34,073 nucleotides of DNA from Octopus bimaculoides. Taxonomy: Eukaryota. The first letter of the stretch is position 1, and each line of letters starts with the position of its first letter. The DNA lies in assembly GCF_001194135.2 (NCBI RefSeq), contig NC_068983.1:252159-286231 (forward strand), in the 5' to 3' direction. Shown piece after piece: positions 10,101 through 23,585 of the stretch. The translations under genes were made by a program, and so were the position numbers. A model generated the notes under the pieces. It saw only the letters and a program-made list of their open reading frames with translations. It was not told where the DNA came from and did no database searches.

Positions 10101-12696
10101 CTACCTCTGTGTGGTGCATCTTATCCTTTATGTCTCTCCTGTACTCTAGTCCACCTCCATGTGGTCTCTCCCTAACCCTTTATGTCACCACTGTACTCTA
10201 TTTCATCCCATGCAGTTTGTCTTTAACCTTTCGTAACTCCTCTGCGCTCTATTTCACCTTCATTTAGTTTGTTTCTGACCCTTCATGTCTCCCCTATACC
10301 CTAACCTTTCATGCCTCCATTATGAGGGGCTGCTAAAAAGTTCCTGGCTTTGGGTAAAAGAAAATACAGGAGAAGGGTCAGTCAATCATGATTTCATCCA
10401 ACCTCAGATTCCCCTCTCAGGTTCACACCCTTATTGCAGTGGTCCTTCAGTTTTTCTAATCCCTGTCAAAGAACTTGGAAGGTTGCACCTCCAACCTGGC
10501 TTTTCGTAATACCCTTAAAGCCAAGAACTTTTCAGCAGCCCCTCATAATGCCCCCCCCCCCCTTTTGCTGCCATATGGTTTGCCCCAAACCCTTCATGTC
10601 ACCAATGTCCTCTTTTAGTTTCATGTGATCTGTCTCTAACCTTTCATGTCTCTACTGTACTCTATTCTGCCACTGTGGTATGTCTCTAACACTCCATGTC
10701 TTCACTGTACTCTATTCTGCCACCATGTCTTCTGTCTCTAACTGTTCACATCTCCCTTTTACTCCAGTCCACCTCCATGTGGTCTCTCTCTAACCTTTAG
10801 TGTCTGGCCTCTACTCTGTTCCACTTCTGTATGATCTGTCTCTAATCTTTCATGTTTCCCCTGTACTCTATTCTGCCTCCATGTGGCCTGCCTCAGCCTT
10901 TCATGTCCTCACTGTACTCTATTCCCTTTCCATGTGACCATCTCTTACCCTTCATGTCTCCTCTGTATTCCATTCCAACCCCACCCCTACATTATGTGTC
11001 TCTTGATGTAGATTCTAAGTTTCTCTGGAGTCTTACATGTTTTTATTCTTCTTGTTTTGATAAAAGAAGTACCAGTAACATGTTTGGGTCACTTCAATTA
11101 ATTATATTCTCTTATTTACACACTTTGATTTCTGCCTCTCAAACCCCCTTTGTGAGTTACTGCAGGGAGTGGGGTAAGGAGCATTCAATTTTTTGCTCTA
11201 CGATTTAGTTTATAATCTGTTTCTAATTTGTCAATTGTAATAATTCGTATGAAACTTAAAGGTAGTGCTGTAAGAAATAATAATGACCAAGCCCTCCTAT
11301 TCATTGTAGCCTGTGAAAATAAAGTGTTTGTATTCATCACAGTTGACAATTGACATATTTATATTCAATGACAGCATAGATCACAGAAATGCTCTATGTA
11401 ATAGTGTTGACATAATTATCTTGGTACAACTGTCAGTTATTTCATAGAATTGTGGTTCCAGATTGCTGAGCACAACATATTTCACAGTAAAGATTGTTGT
11501 TTGCAGTCCTCTGTACTTCAGTTGTTGGGTTTTCAACATACGACACACAGACATTAAACTGTTGCTGCACCTTATCTCTTTCTTGCCAGGACGAATCTTT
11601 AAGTTCAGCATTTCTGCTAACAACATATATTGTCAACCTTTTTCTCTATTCGTTATTATTTTGGTATTTCACTTATTGTTGCTTTTCATGTGTCTGTTTA
11701 TCTGTTTGTCCTCCCTTTCTCTCCGTATATATGTGTGTGTGTGTGTGTACGCATGTGTCTTCAGTATGTTTTACCCATTGTGGCTAAAACCAAACTCAAC
11801 ATCTCTACACTCACTCCTAGTTACTATATCATCAAGCTAACAGAAGCTGTCTACTTTGTCTAGTAAATTATCTGAACGGTTCTTGAACTTTATTTCCTGT
11901 TAGCTACTCCTTATTATATATACAAATCTATTATTTCTGAAGCCTTGCTACTATGTTGACTACTCTTTATTATAAGAGTTACTCAACCATGAAACAGCTA
12001 TGCCTCTTGTGTCTTCTGGTATCACTTCAAATATGGTAGCATTTACGTGTCTCTCTTTTAAATTGATTAAAGAATTACATCTGACACTGTCTATCATAAT
12101 AGTTTCATCAATTTCAAATTTATTGAGCACCTACTTAAAATACAGCAGGTGGAGCATACAGTTTCCACATTCTAACAAAGTGTTCTTAATGTGGTAAGAA
12201 GTTTAAGTAATGGACTTGGAGGTTCTCAAGTATTTCCCAGCAACCCTGAATCCAGGCCTTTATCTTACCAGACTAGAGTTTTGGTTCCTTTATATTGGGC
12301 CTAACATAATATATCAACTACAAGGTTGTACAACTTTTAATAATGCTTTAAATCATAAGAATCTTTATGTGAAACTACCGTCTGTTTGTCTCTCTGTCTC
12401 TCTGCAGCAAAAGACCTGTTCTAACCCCTTCTCGTACTTTTCACCTCGTAGCATAAAGCTGCCCCCTTCAGGTTTGTAGTCTTGAAAGTTGCTTGGAACA
12501 ACTATGGGGACACATAGAAAGCATCCAGTACACACTGAAGTGGTTGGTATTAGGGAAGGCATCGAGCCAGTAGAAACCATGCCAAAGCAGACACTGGAGC
12601 ACAATGCATTCGTTGAGCAACCCGTCAGATCCTGTGAAACTGTCCAACCCATGTCAACATGGACATTAAATGATTTAGTGATTTTTGTGTGTATGC

Positions 12697-12731
<35 letters not shown>

Positions 12732-12888
12732 ATTATTTTTAAAACAGTTTGATTTGGCCCCATGTGACTTAAAGTTTCCTAGAAAGGATGGGAGCTGAAT
12801 CAAATTGTTTTAAATAATAATATATATATATATATAACTCCTACAAATTGTGTTGAGTCCCTCTTTCTTTTATTTGTCCACTTACCCG

Positions 12889-12924
<36 letters not shown>

Positions 12925-13850
12925 CACATACTTGCGTATGTCAAGCTAAGTGAAATCATAGTTGTGGCAGGTGCTGGTGACATGTCAAAGGCCCCTCCCC
13001 CTTGCTAGTGACATGTGGAAGGCACCCATGCCAATGACACGTGAGAGGTACTTGTGCTGGTGACACGCAAAAGGCACCCTTTTGCTGGTGACATGTAAAA
13101 GCTACAAAGTACACTCTATGAGGTGGTTGGCATGTTAGGAATGGCATCCAACTGTAGAAACCAAGCCAATACAAACTGGAGCCTGGTGCAGCTCTCTGGC
13201 TTACCAGCTCCAGTCAAACCGTCTAACAACCCATGCTAGCATGGAAAACGGATGCTAAATGATGATGATGATATATTTACAAACACACACGTACACACAC
13301 GCACACACACACATATGGGTTATTATATGTGATGTGTGTTTTTGGCCCCCTCCAACTTGTCATAGTTCTATAAGCCATCAGAGAGGAGTTTTGAGACTGG
13401 CTGTCCATAGGAACCCCTATTTACTGATGTCTTTGTTCTCGTAGCTAGTTCCATAGGAAAACTAGAGAAGAAATTGCAGGAATGGAAACTAATCCTGGAA
13501 TAAAGCAGCCTTAAGAAAAGAAGAATGTTTTTAGTAATTAGCAAAGCAGACAGGGCCCTGGTACTTTCAGAGAAATGGCCTTGCTTGATAGTTAATTATA
13601 TGTGGTTTGAGCCTGATGAATATGTTTGAGATATTTCTCAACATACTCTCTACTCTCTTTTACTTGTTTCAGTCATTTGACTGCGGCCATGCTGGAGCAC
13701 TACCTTTAGTTGAGCAAATCGACCCCAGAACTTATTCTTTGTTAAACCTAGTACTTTTTCTATCGGCTCTCTTTTTGCCGAACCGCTAAGTTATGGGGAC
13801 GCAAACACACCAGCATCGGTTGTCAAGCGATGGTGGGGGGACAAACACAG

Positions 13851-13915
<65 letters not shown>

Positions 13916-16900
13916 CATACATACATACATATATATATACGATGGGCTTCTTTCACTTTCCGTCTACCAAATCCACTCACAAGGCTTTGGTCGGCCCGAG
14001 GCTATAATAGAAGACACTTGCCCAAGGTGCCACGCAGTGGGACTGAGTCCGGAACCATGTGTTTGGTAAGCAAGCTACTTACCACACAGCCGCTCCTACG
14101 CCATATGAAACTATTAGTAGCATTTAAAGACATGCATTGTGTCCTTTAAATAAATAATACCTGGGATAGGGTACAGCACCATTGTGTACCTGAAAAGAAA
14201 GCTTGCATTTGGTAGAACTCATAAACAAACAGTCAATAGCCTTCAATCTGCATACACTACACCATCATTTTATGCGCTGAATAAGCACTACATTGCATAG
14301 GAGATAAACCCTAAATAAGGATGGATGAGCATTAAACCATTGGAGGGGTTCAGGGGAAAGACATCCAATAGAGGTGAGAGGATTAAGACTTCCGGTTCAG
14401 GTGGTGGGGGTGGCGGGGTGGGGGGCACACAGCAAAACAGCAAACACTCTGGTTGCCAATGTGAAAGAATAGTAATAATAATAATAATAACGAGATAGAT
14501 TTAGACATTTGCATTCTTAACTAGAGCCATAACCAAGAGTTTTTGGTCAGCCAAACTGTGACAAAATTAGATAAAAGAATGAATAGAGTGTAAAAAAGAG
14601 GGAGAAAGGGAGAGAGTTGGATTGAGTGTAAGGATCTTAAGTTTTTTCTCTAAACATACAGCATTGAAGATGAAACTGTATTTACACAGATAGATATTGA
14701 AATGAAATAATAAAGTAATTATAATTTGTGCTGTAAAAGAGGTTTTGGATGTGTGCTAGGTTGGAAAACAAATTTGCTTATCTGAACATCTTCTGTTTTT
14801 ACTCCGTGTGGCAGGAGAGAGAAAGGGTGTGTCTATAGAGTGTGTGTATATGTGTATGTGTGCACATAGACACACACACACATTAACCATAGGTGCACAA
14901 AACAGCATTAAGGGGACAGTTTTGAAGGTTGGGTAGAAAATGTTGAGAATTTCTCTGTTTGTATAACCTTGTTTGAGAAATGGAGAGAAGAAAGATTGTG
15001 CAAAGAAATGTGTTTCCACACATGAGAAGAATATTGAGAAGAATTTTGTCTCAAGACTGTTTATGCAGTGAAAGGTTTTCTCATGTCTAAATGTTCATGA
15101 GCACATTAAATATGATTGCCACACACACACACACACAAACTGTGTTAAGAAGGTAGAAATGATGACAAAACAGATATTGGAGCTCAACACAGTCCTCTTG
15201 TTCGTCAGTTCTTATTGAATCATCCAACCCATGGTAGCATGGGAAAAAAAGGGGTTGTTAAATGATGATAATGATATGTGGATATAGTAAATGTGTTTGT
15301 ATGTAGCATGTATCTTCAAATATAAGTTTATGCAGATTGATATATATGTTTATCAATATTATTTCTTGATTAACAGATATTGTGTGCTTTTACATGACTA
15401 GAATAGATGTTCCCTGCTGAAATTTCTGTAGTTATTTACTGTTTTATCAAATATTTAAATGGTTTCCTTTCCATTGCAGATATTGATGGCGATCCATCAA
15501 ACAATCCAACAACCAGAACCCTATTTCTAACACGTTCCAAGACCAACTTCAAAAGTAAGCTCGTTTTGTCTTTCTTCTTTTGTTTGTATCTATGATGATG
15601 ATGTGTGTCTTTATTTTGGTTTGTATCTATGATAGGCAAATACTTCATTATTGTTGACAGCAAGAAACCTGTTTTCAGCAAATTTGTAGAGTGTGAGATC
15701 ACATTAAGGAGTGACACAGGAGAGCATGAGGTCCCCAGTGGACCTGGCTTCACAAATAGTTGACTGATGGGGAAGTAGAAAAATATTCAGTACATTGGAG
15801 ATGGTTGTTGTTAATGGTTGTTTATATTATGTTTAAGATGTTGGAAGTGATAGTTAGGATTAGGGTTGTCAAAGGGATTGCTTTTGTTGGCATTGGTTAG
15901 TGAGAATTTTGGCCAGTTAGCTGACTTGAAGAACCAAATAGCCCTGGCAGTGGAGTGGGGGTTATATAGTATGGGAATATTTAGTGGTTAGCAAATGGAT
16001 GACTTGATTGATATAAATGCAAGTAATGATTTGGGAGAGATTGGGTTTGGAGGTGAGAAAAAGACTGTTTGCGTATTGGTCCAGCATAGGAATAAGAGAG
16101 AAATTGTTGGAGAGAGTTGAGGATTTTAACTTTCACAACATGTTTCTGTTGTAGTCCCACATGTTAACCTCCACAGCACTTCACTAATTCAATCTGAAAT
16201 AAATTCAAACGTTTGTTCATAGAAACCCTGTTTTTTTTTTCTGGCAGGAAACAGTTTTAATGATGCTAAACAGAAGGCAGTGTTTGTCATGCTTCAGAGG
16301 AAAACAGATCAGCGATTTCATACATGGGGATTGTTTTGTCGTACAAAATCACACCATATTACTTGATTGAGAAGACACTCAATCCTTTGAGATCCTTTTA
16401 GCTTTGGTTTAATGGGGGTCCAGCTAAAAAAAAAAAAAAAAAAAAAAAAAAGCATTGATAAATTCACCTCCTTTGGCTCACCATTACAACTAATTGGGAG
16501 GCCCTTAGTGGCTGCTTGACCTGTTACAAATAGTGGCCAAATTCCATTTAAATTAGGTTTGTGACATGTTATTGCATGCAAGAAGATTGAATGTAAGAAT
16601 GATCTAAATTCAAATGATCTCAACATCGGAATACCTAAAGTTTGAAAGACCAGATGCTCAGAACACGAAATTTTGAAATATTTTAGAGGAAAATATAATG
16701 ACGGGTTTAAAAAACATCATTTCTTTACAATTTTAAAATGCTACCTGCTCACCACCTTAATAATAATAATAATAATAATAATATTAATAATAATATTAAT
16801 AATATTAATAATAATATTAATAATAATAATAATAATATACATGGTTCCGGGTTCAGTCTCACCGCGTGGTACCTTGGGCAAGTGTCTTCTGACCAAAGCC

Positions 16901-19900
16901 TCGTGAGTGGATTTGGTCGCCGAAAACTGAAAGAAGCCCGTCATGTATATGTATATGTGTGTGTGTGTGTGTTTGTGTGTGTGTGTTTGTTCCCCCAGCA
17001 TCGCTTGACAACCGATGCTGGTGTGTTTACGTCCTCGTAACTTAGCGGTTCGGCAAAACAGACTGATAGAATAAGTACTAGGCTTACAAAGAATAAGTCA
17101 TGGAGTCGATTTGATTGACTAAAGGCAGTGCTCCAGCATGGCCACTGTGAAATGACTGAAACGAGTAAAAGAGTAATAATAATAATAGAAATGTCTTATA
17201 TGTGGTGAGGCATAAGATTGAAATTTGTGAAAACTTCATCGTTGAATACTTTGTTCTTTAAATTCTTTTGTTATTTACTATTTTGCTTTTCTTTTTCATT
17301 TTCCGTCTTTTGTACAATGATGACATTTTCTCTCCACCATCATGAGAGCATCTTAAAAGATTAACAAGTTGAATTTTAATGCGTTTGTGCTTTGCTTATC
17401 TCCCTTTACCGTCACTCTTTCACTTGATAAAAGCAACAAATTCAGTCTTTCAGTTGTTTGAATTGTTTACATTTGTTCATCATCATCATCATCATCTAGA
17501 GAAAAGAAGAAAACTTTTCAATAAACGAGAGAATTTAAAAAGAAACAGATATATTCAGTAAATAGACCATTCCAGCTTTTGTTTGTCTTCGATAATATCA
17601 TATTCTTGCCATACAATTTTGTTGTTTGTAAGTAGATGGGTTACACCATACCTTGCTTGCCTTTGTTGCTTTCAAGTACCTTATAAAAGTAGATGTTTTA
17701 ATAAACATCCCTTTAAAACCATAAATGAATGCATTTTAAGATTTTTTGGCACATGCTTTTTTTCCCTAATGTTATCATCATCGTCATTTTAACGTCTTCT
17801 TTTTGGTGCTTGTGTTGGCCAAACGGAATTTGTTGAGCCAGATTTTCTATGACTGGATGCCCCTTTTTGTTTTCAGCCCTTACCTGTTTGAAAAGGGTGG
17901 GGTGGGAGTGGGGGTGATATTTCTACATGGATGGATATGTTTTCATGGATGGTTGAAAATGATTGATACTGTTTGTACAATAGTGACACTTGATCTACAA
18001 CCATCATGTGATGTGAAGACAAGCAGACACACCCATACACATATAAATTGCTTCTTTCAGCTTTTATCTACCTAATCCACTCACAAGACTCTGGTTGGTC
18101 CAAGGCTATAATAGAAAGCACTTGCCCAAAGTGCCATACTATGGAATTGAACCTGAAGCAAAGTAGTTGGGAAGCAGACTTCTCTTAAGCACACAGCCAT
18201 GCCAGGACGTATATTTGAAGAAACAAGAGATTAGTGACTCAAAGCATTTGGTCTTTCAAGCTTTTGGTTTCTATTTTTAGGTCATTTAATTTCAGCCCTT
18301 CCAAGTTTGACTTACTTGTTTGGTGTTCGGCACCCATTCAAACCACATTTTCCTGATAATGTAGTTTTTTTCTCAATCTGCAGACATTACTATATTTTTC
18401 ACCCTACCATGTCCTCTACATCCCTCTCTCAGCTGAGCTATTCTAGTCTTGCAGACACCTGTGCTGGTATCACATGAACGTGCCCATGCTGGAGACATGT
18501 AAAAACTGCTAGTTCACTCTGGAAAGTGGTTGGTGTGAGGAAGGGCATAGAAACCTTGTCAGAATAGACAAATGACGCCCTGGCAGCTCTCCAGCCTTGG
18601 AAGCTCGTGTCAAACTGTTCAACTCCTGCCAGCATGGAACACGAACGTTAAATGATGATGATGATGATGATGATGTGCTCATTAGAGCAAATATCATTGC
18701 CTCAGTAATTATATTTTCTATTTACAGATAATAAAATTCGCCGAAGAAGCCAGTACGATCTTCATCACCACGTAACTATATATGTTTTCTACATTGATCT
18801 AACAATAGTCAGTTTGTAGTACATTAGCTGGAGGTAATAGTGTGGACTAACGTCCCCTTTAAACTGATTTATTTCTCTATAATTAATTAAAGCAATTACT
18901 AGCCAAACTTGTTTTATTATTTCACTCATAATAGTTCTTCATTGCAGTTTTAACTTTTTAAATTTCGATCCAGAGTTTCCTTTGTTCTGGTTCTGAAAGA
19001 AAAATAAATTTAGAATTGTTTGAGTCATTCGTATTTAAAGGGTCAACATTTTTGATACCCACCTGCCTGGGATGACTCGTTATAACTTCCTGTTTTAAAG
19101 AGGTCTGAATTAAAAGCTTCCATCAAAATTTCATGTTAATTTATGTTCCAGACACAAACCTAATAAAGACAATGTTATTTTACTAAATTCTTCATTATTT
19201 TCAAAATTTATTTATACAAAAGGTAGTTTATAGAAATATGGTAATGAGGGTTTGACAGAATTCATTTTAAACTAGGATTCAAAATCTTTGAGAATTAATA
19301 TAAACATTAGAAGGTTAAAACTGAAATTAGTTTTCGTGTTTCACATATCTTTTTTTCTGTGTCATTTGGTTTCATTATAATATCTAATGTGGTGTGTATC
19401 CTTGTAATATACTGGGGCCTGACTCACACTCCCTCCCTCCTTTTTTCTATTAAGTCTTCCTCCCCCCAAAAGAAATTATTAAACATTTACAGCCAATCAT
19501 AACTTTCTTCTAAATATATTTCTGACACTCAAAATAATTATTTACATTTTGTAAATGTCTGATTATCAACCCCCATCCCCCCCACCAGTAGCAAACCTAC
19601 TCACTTCTCTGTCTATCTGCCCATTGTTCTATCTATAATATATATATATAGGGGCAGAATTCACAAAAAAAAACAAAAAAAAAAAACAAAAGAAAAACAA
19701 ACAAAAGATGGAGACAGGTGGAAGTGAAAAACAGTTAGAATCAGTCTCTTGTGAGTTACAGTAAGCTTCTTACAAGAATCTCTCTTGTTATTGGACTCAG
19801 TTAACTGAGTGGAGAGATGCAGGAAGTCCAAGATGGCTATCTGTAAGACATAGCAACTATTGATCTTGTAGTCTTGTGTAGCCCTGTGCCCTGTTGGGGC

Positions 19901-22415
19901 CACACCAGTGTCATCTCATCACACTCTTGTCAGTACACAATAAGTGCAGAACCCTGATGTCAGCAGATGCTTCAATAGCAAAAAAACAAAAAAAAACAAA
20001 CAAACAAAAAGCCCTGTTTCCTCTAATGATGTTTGTATTAATTAAAATCAACATATGAATATTAATTACCTCCTAACATTGAGATCTTGTAATTTTCCAG
20101 AATTCAGACTATGGTCAGCTGAAGAAGTTCAGTTCCTGTTCTACAATTTTTATCGATGATTCAACTGTCAGCCAGCCCCATCTGAAGAACACAATCAAGG
20201 CGGTGGCACTGGCCATTTACTTTCACATTAAGAATCGTGATCGCAGTGGCCAAGGCAACAATGGAGCTCGCTACTTAGATATCTTCGACGAGAAATTACA
20301 TCCTTTGTCTGTGAGTGACACTTACTACTTCTTTTCCATTTTGGATGAAATGCAGCTGTTCTTTGAATGGTTTCGGTTTCCACATGAATGTTTTCATATT
20401 TCCAAACCATTGTTTCTACATAATATTTCTTTCCTTTCTCTGATAAAAAAAATATTCCCATTTCTGGTTTTGGGTGCACGAAAAGTTTTAACAAACGCAG
20501 GGTGTTTGGTCTAAATTTGATGATTTAAAAAATTTTTATGTTTCCTTTTTAGTTTCATAGAGGACTAGCAGCGATCTGAACATTGGAAAAGAGTTACCTA
20601 TATCATGATTTATGCTAGGTATCAAAATATTGCTGCTCAGTGCTGTGTGAACACTGTAAAGGCTGTAAGATGGGACATGAACGACAAAGATGCAGCAGAG
20701 ACTACAAAGCTGTGGTCAGCAGGAAGGAAAACAAGACATTCTAACTGCATTCCCATCCCAGAATTCATCCAAAAACTGATGAACCCAGTTCAGGTGATTA
20801 CATGAAGCTGCTGGAGACTGTGGTCAAACCCTGGCTGGAGTGGATTGCTACTGGATGGCCATATGTGTGGCAGCAGGATTCAGCTCCTTGCCACGCTGCT
20901 GGAAAGTAAGAAGTGGTTGTTGGACTACACCATCTCCAATGTCTGACCTCCTGATTCCATGGATTACTATGTGTGGGGTGCAGTTGAGAAAGCCACAAAC
21001 CACTCTGCCTCCAACATGAAAGCTGAGCTGGTGACCAAGATCAAGGAGGTTTTTGAAAACCTTCCCAAGGACACACTGAGCTTCTGGGGCTGTTTTGATG
21101 CTATGGTGGAAACTTAGAGCAGCTTCTTTGAATAAACTCTTATCTCCCAGCCATAATTGAGTTAATATTTTTTGATTTAAAAAAAAAAAAAATTTTAATT
21201 TTTGGATGGGATATTGTGTTTTCTTTTCCTTTTACACAAACTGTCAAATTTAGCCCAAATGCCCTGTAATTTGTCATTCAAGTGACTGTCCCACTTTTGC
21301 TTTCTAGTTTTCAGCTAAATAGATTTTAAGCTGATCTCCAAACCATATTATTTTGCATAATTCTTTGTTTTTTCAACAGAAAGAAGCTGTTCCCTCTGAT
21401 TATGACAAAAGAGACCCAGAACACAAGACAATTTATCGGTTTGTGCGGACCCTTTTTACCGCTGCCCAGTTGACTGCTGAATGTGCTATAGTTACTTTGG
21501 TAAGTGGGGCTTTCATTCTACCTCACTGTAGCCCTGATCAAGTAGAACTCTTTCGTGTGTAGGGGTGTGATTGAGAAGACTCAGCAACTAAAGTGAGATC
21601 GCAGCGACGCATGTCCGGCCCTGTTAAGAATACCCCTGATGCGTTGGGTGATATGATATGCTTGAGAAGACCTGTTGAGTCAAGTAAAACCAATATCGTA
21701 GGTGTGGCCAGTTCCCCCTGACTGGCTCTCATGCTGGTGACATGTAAAAAGCACCAACTGAACGTGGTCAATGCCAGTGCCGCCTGACTGGCTCCTGTGC
21801 TGGTGGCACATAAAAAGCACGCACTACACTCTCGGAGTGGTTGGCGTTAGGAAGGGCATCCATCTGTAGAAACATTGCCAGATCAGATTGGAGCCTGGTG
21901 CAGCCGCTGGCTCTCCAGACCTCAGTCAAACTGTCCAACCCATGCTAGCATGGAAAGCGGATGTTAAATGATGATGGTAATGATGATGACTGATAAGTCA
22001 CTTGATACTTTCAAGAGATCTGTTGTTTCGGACAGGTTTTTCTTTCTTGAGGGACCCTACTGCAACATGAACCCTGCTGTTATTGTTGTAGTTGAGTGTA
22101 ACGGTTTAGGGAGATTGTTTTGACTTTGTTATAAACATTGTTAGGGTTGCAGTAGGGGTTGCAGTAGAAATTTGACTGTTGCATTTGCAAATTGAGGTTG
22201 TGTAAAGATGGCTGTAGCGTTTTGAGTCTTATACACTGCAAGAAATTGGCTCACTGGTGTGTATATACGAAAGAGTGAGAGTGTCATGTAATTTCTGTTT
22301 TGTTTGTTGAGCACAGTCATGTTTGCTTCTTCTATATGTTGTCTGTGATTGACAAATCTATTGTACGCTATACATCAAGAGACTGATTTTCTGATGATAT
22401 AGGAAAAGTGTTGTT

Positions 22416-22447
<32 letters not shown>

Positions 22448-23522
22448 CTGTGTATTGTAGGTTTATCTTGAGAGACTTTTGACATATGCTGAGATGGATA
22501 TCAGTCCCTCCAACTGGAAGAGAATTGTTTTGGGTGCTATATTATTGGCTTCCAAAGTCTGGGATGACCAAGCTGTATGGAATGTGGATTACTGCCAAAT
22601 ATTGAAAGATATTCAAGTGGAAGAAATGTAAGTCCCCTCAACTCTTGTGTTCTTCTAGAATTTCATTTCAATCACTGTATCAGAAATGTTGGGAGTTTGT
22701 TCAAGAAAAAGCTGTTATAAAAGATTTTGACACATAAGCCATAATTTAGATGACCTTGAAGAATGACCTTCTTTATGAAGAAGATTCTGAGAGTGGCAAA
22801 GACTTTCTAGAAACCAAAGATATCAAATCTTTGGTCTTTGAAGAATGCACCACTAATTCCTAACATTTACCATGTTAGGAATGGTAAATGAAATGGTAAT
22901 GAAAAATGATTTATGAATATTTTTATGAGTTTCCTTCCATTATGGTAATTTTGCTTTGCAAAGCATGAAGTTTATGATTTTCTTTCTATTAGATATTTTA
23001 TATCATTTTATTCTTTCATTTGCCTGTTTTTGTTTTTTCTACAATTTCTATGTGGCGGGAGGGACATCATTCCTATTAAGAATGGCTAAAATGGTTTGTG
23101 TATTTAGCTTTTAATGTCCTAGGATTTGAGTTTTTGCAAGAAATTTTCCCCTCAAAGAGTGCTCATTATATGTGCATGTTTGTTATATACCATGAAATAT
23201 GGTAATTCTTATGACTTGGCTGGTTCCAAGTTGTTAGGAATGGTAAATGAAATGGTAACTGTTAATGGTAGAGGGGAATAAAGTGGACATCTGAAGGAAG
23301 AGGTTAATAGTATGTGTTCATGATGATAACACCCACCTAAACATCCATGTTCCAGGTTGCAGATATACCTTTTGACAAACCTGTCCAACCCAACATAAAA
23401 TTGATTGATTCAATGATAATACTTCCATTATCAACAATATCTCACTGTATCAAGAAGTGTCCCCCCAATATTAAATGTTTATATTTAATAGGAAATTGTG
23501 TTTTATGGTTAAACGTATATTG

Positions 23523-23585
<63 letters not shown>

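Noticed and set aside
10000-10985. Regular repeats as a possible CRISPR-like array, also the 30-bp array at 29514
   Set aside because: Contiguous tandem units without unique spacers, no cas genes, and a spliced eukaryotic context.
13786-14149. ORFs rich in HT/YI/CV/poly-I/poly-N, here and at 16738, 27516, 28700 and 29226
   Set aside because: Translations of microsatellites and SINE bodies.
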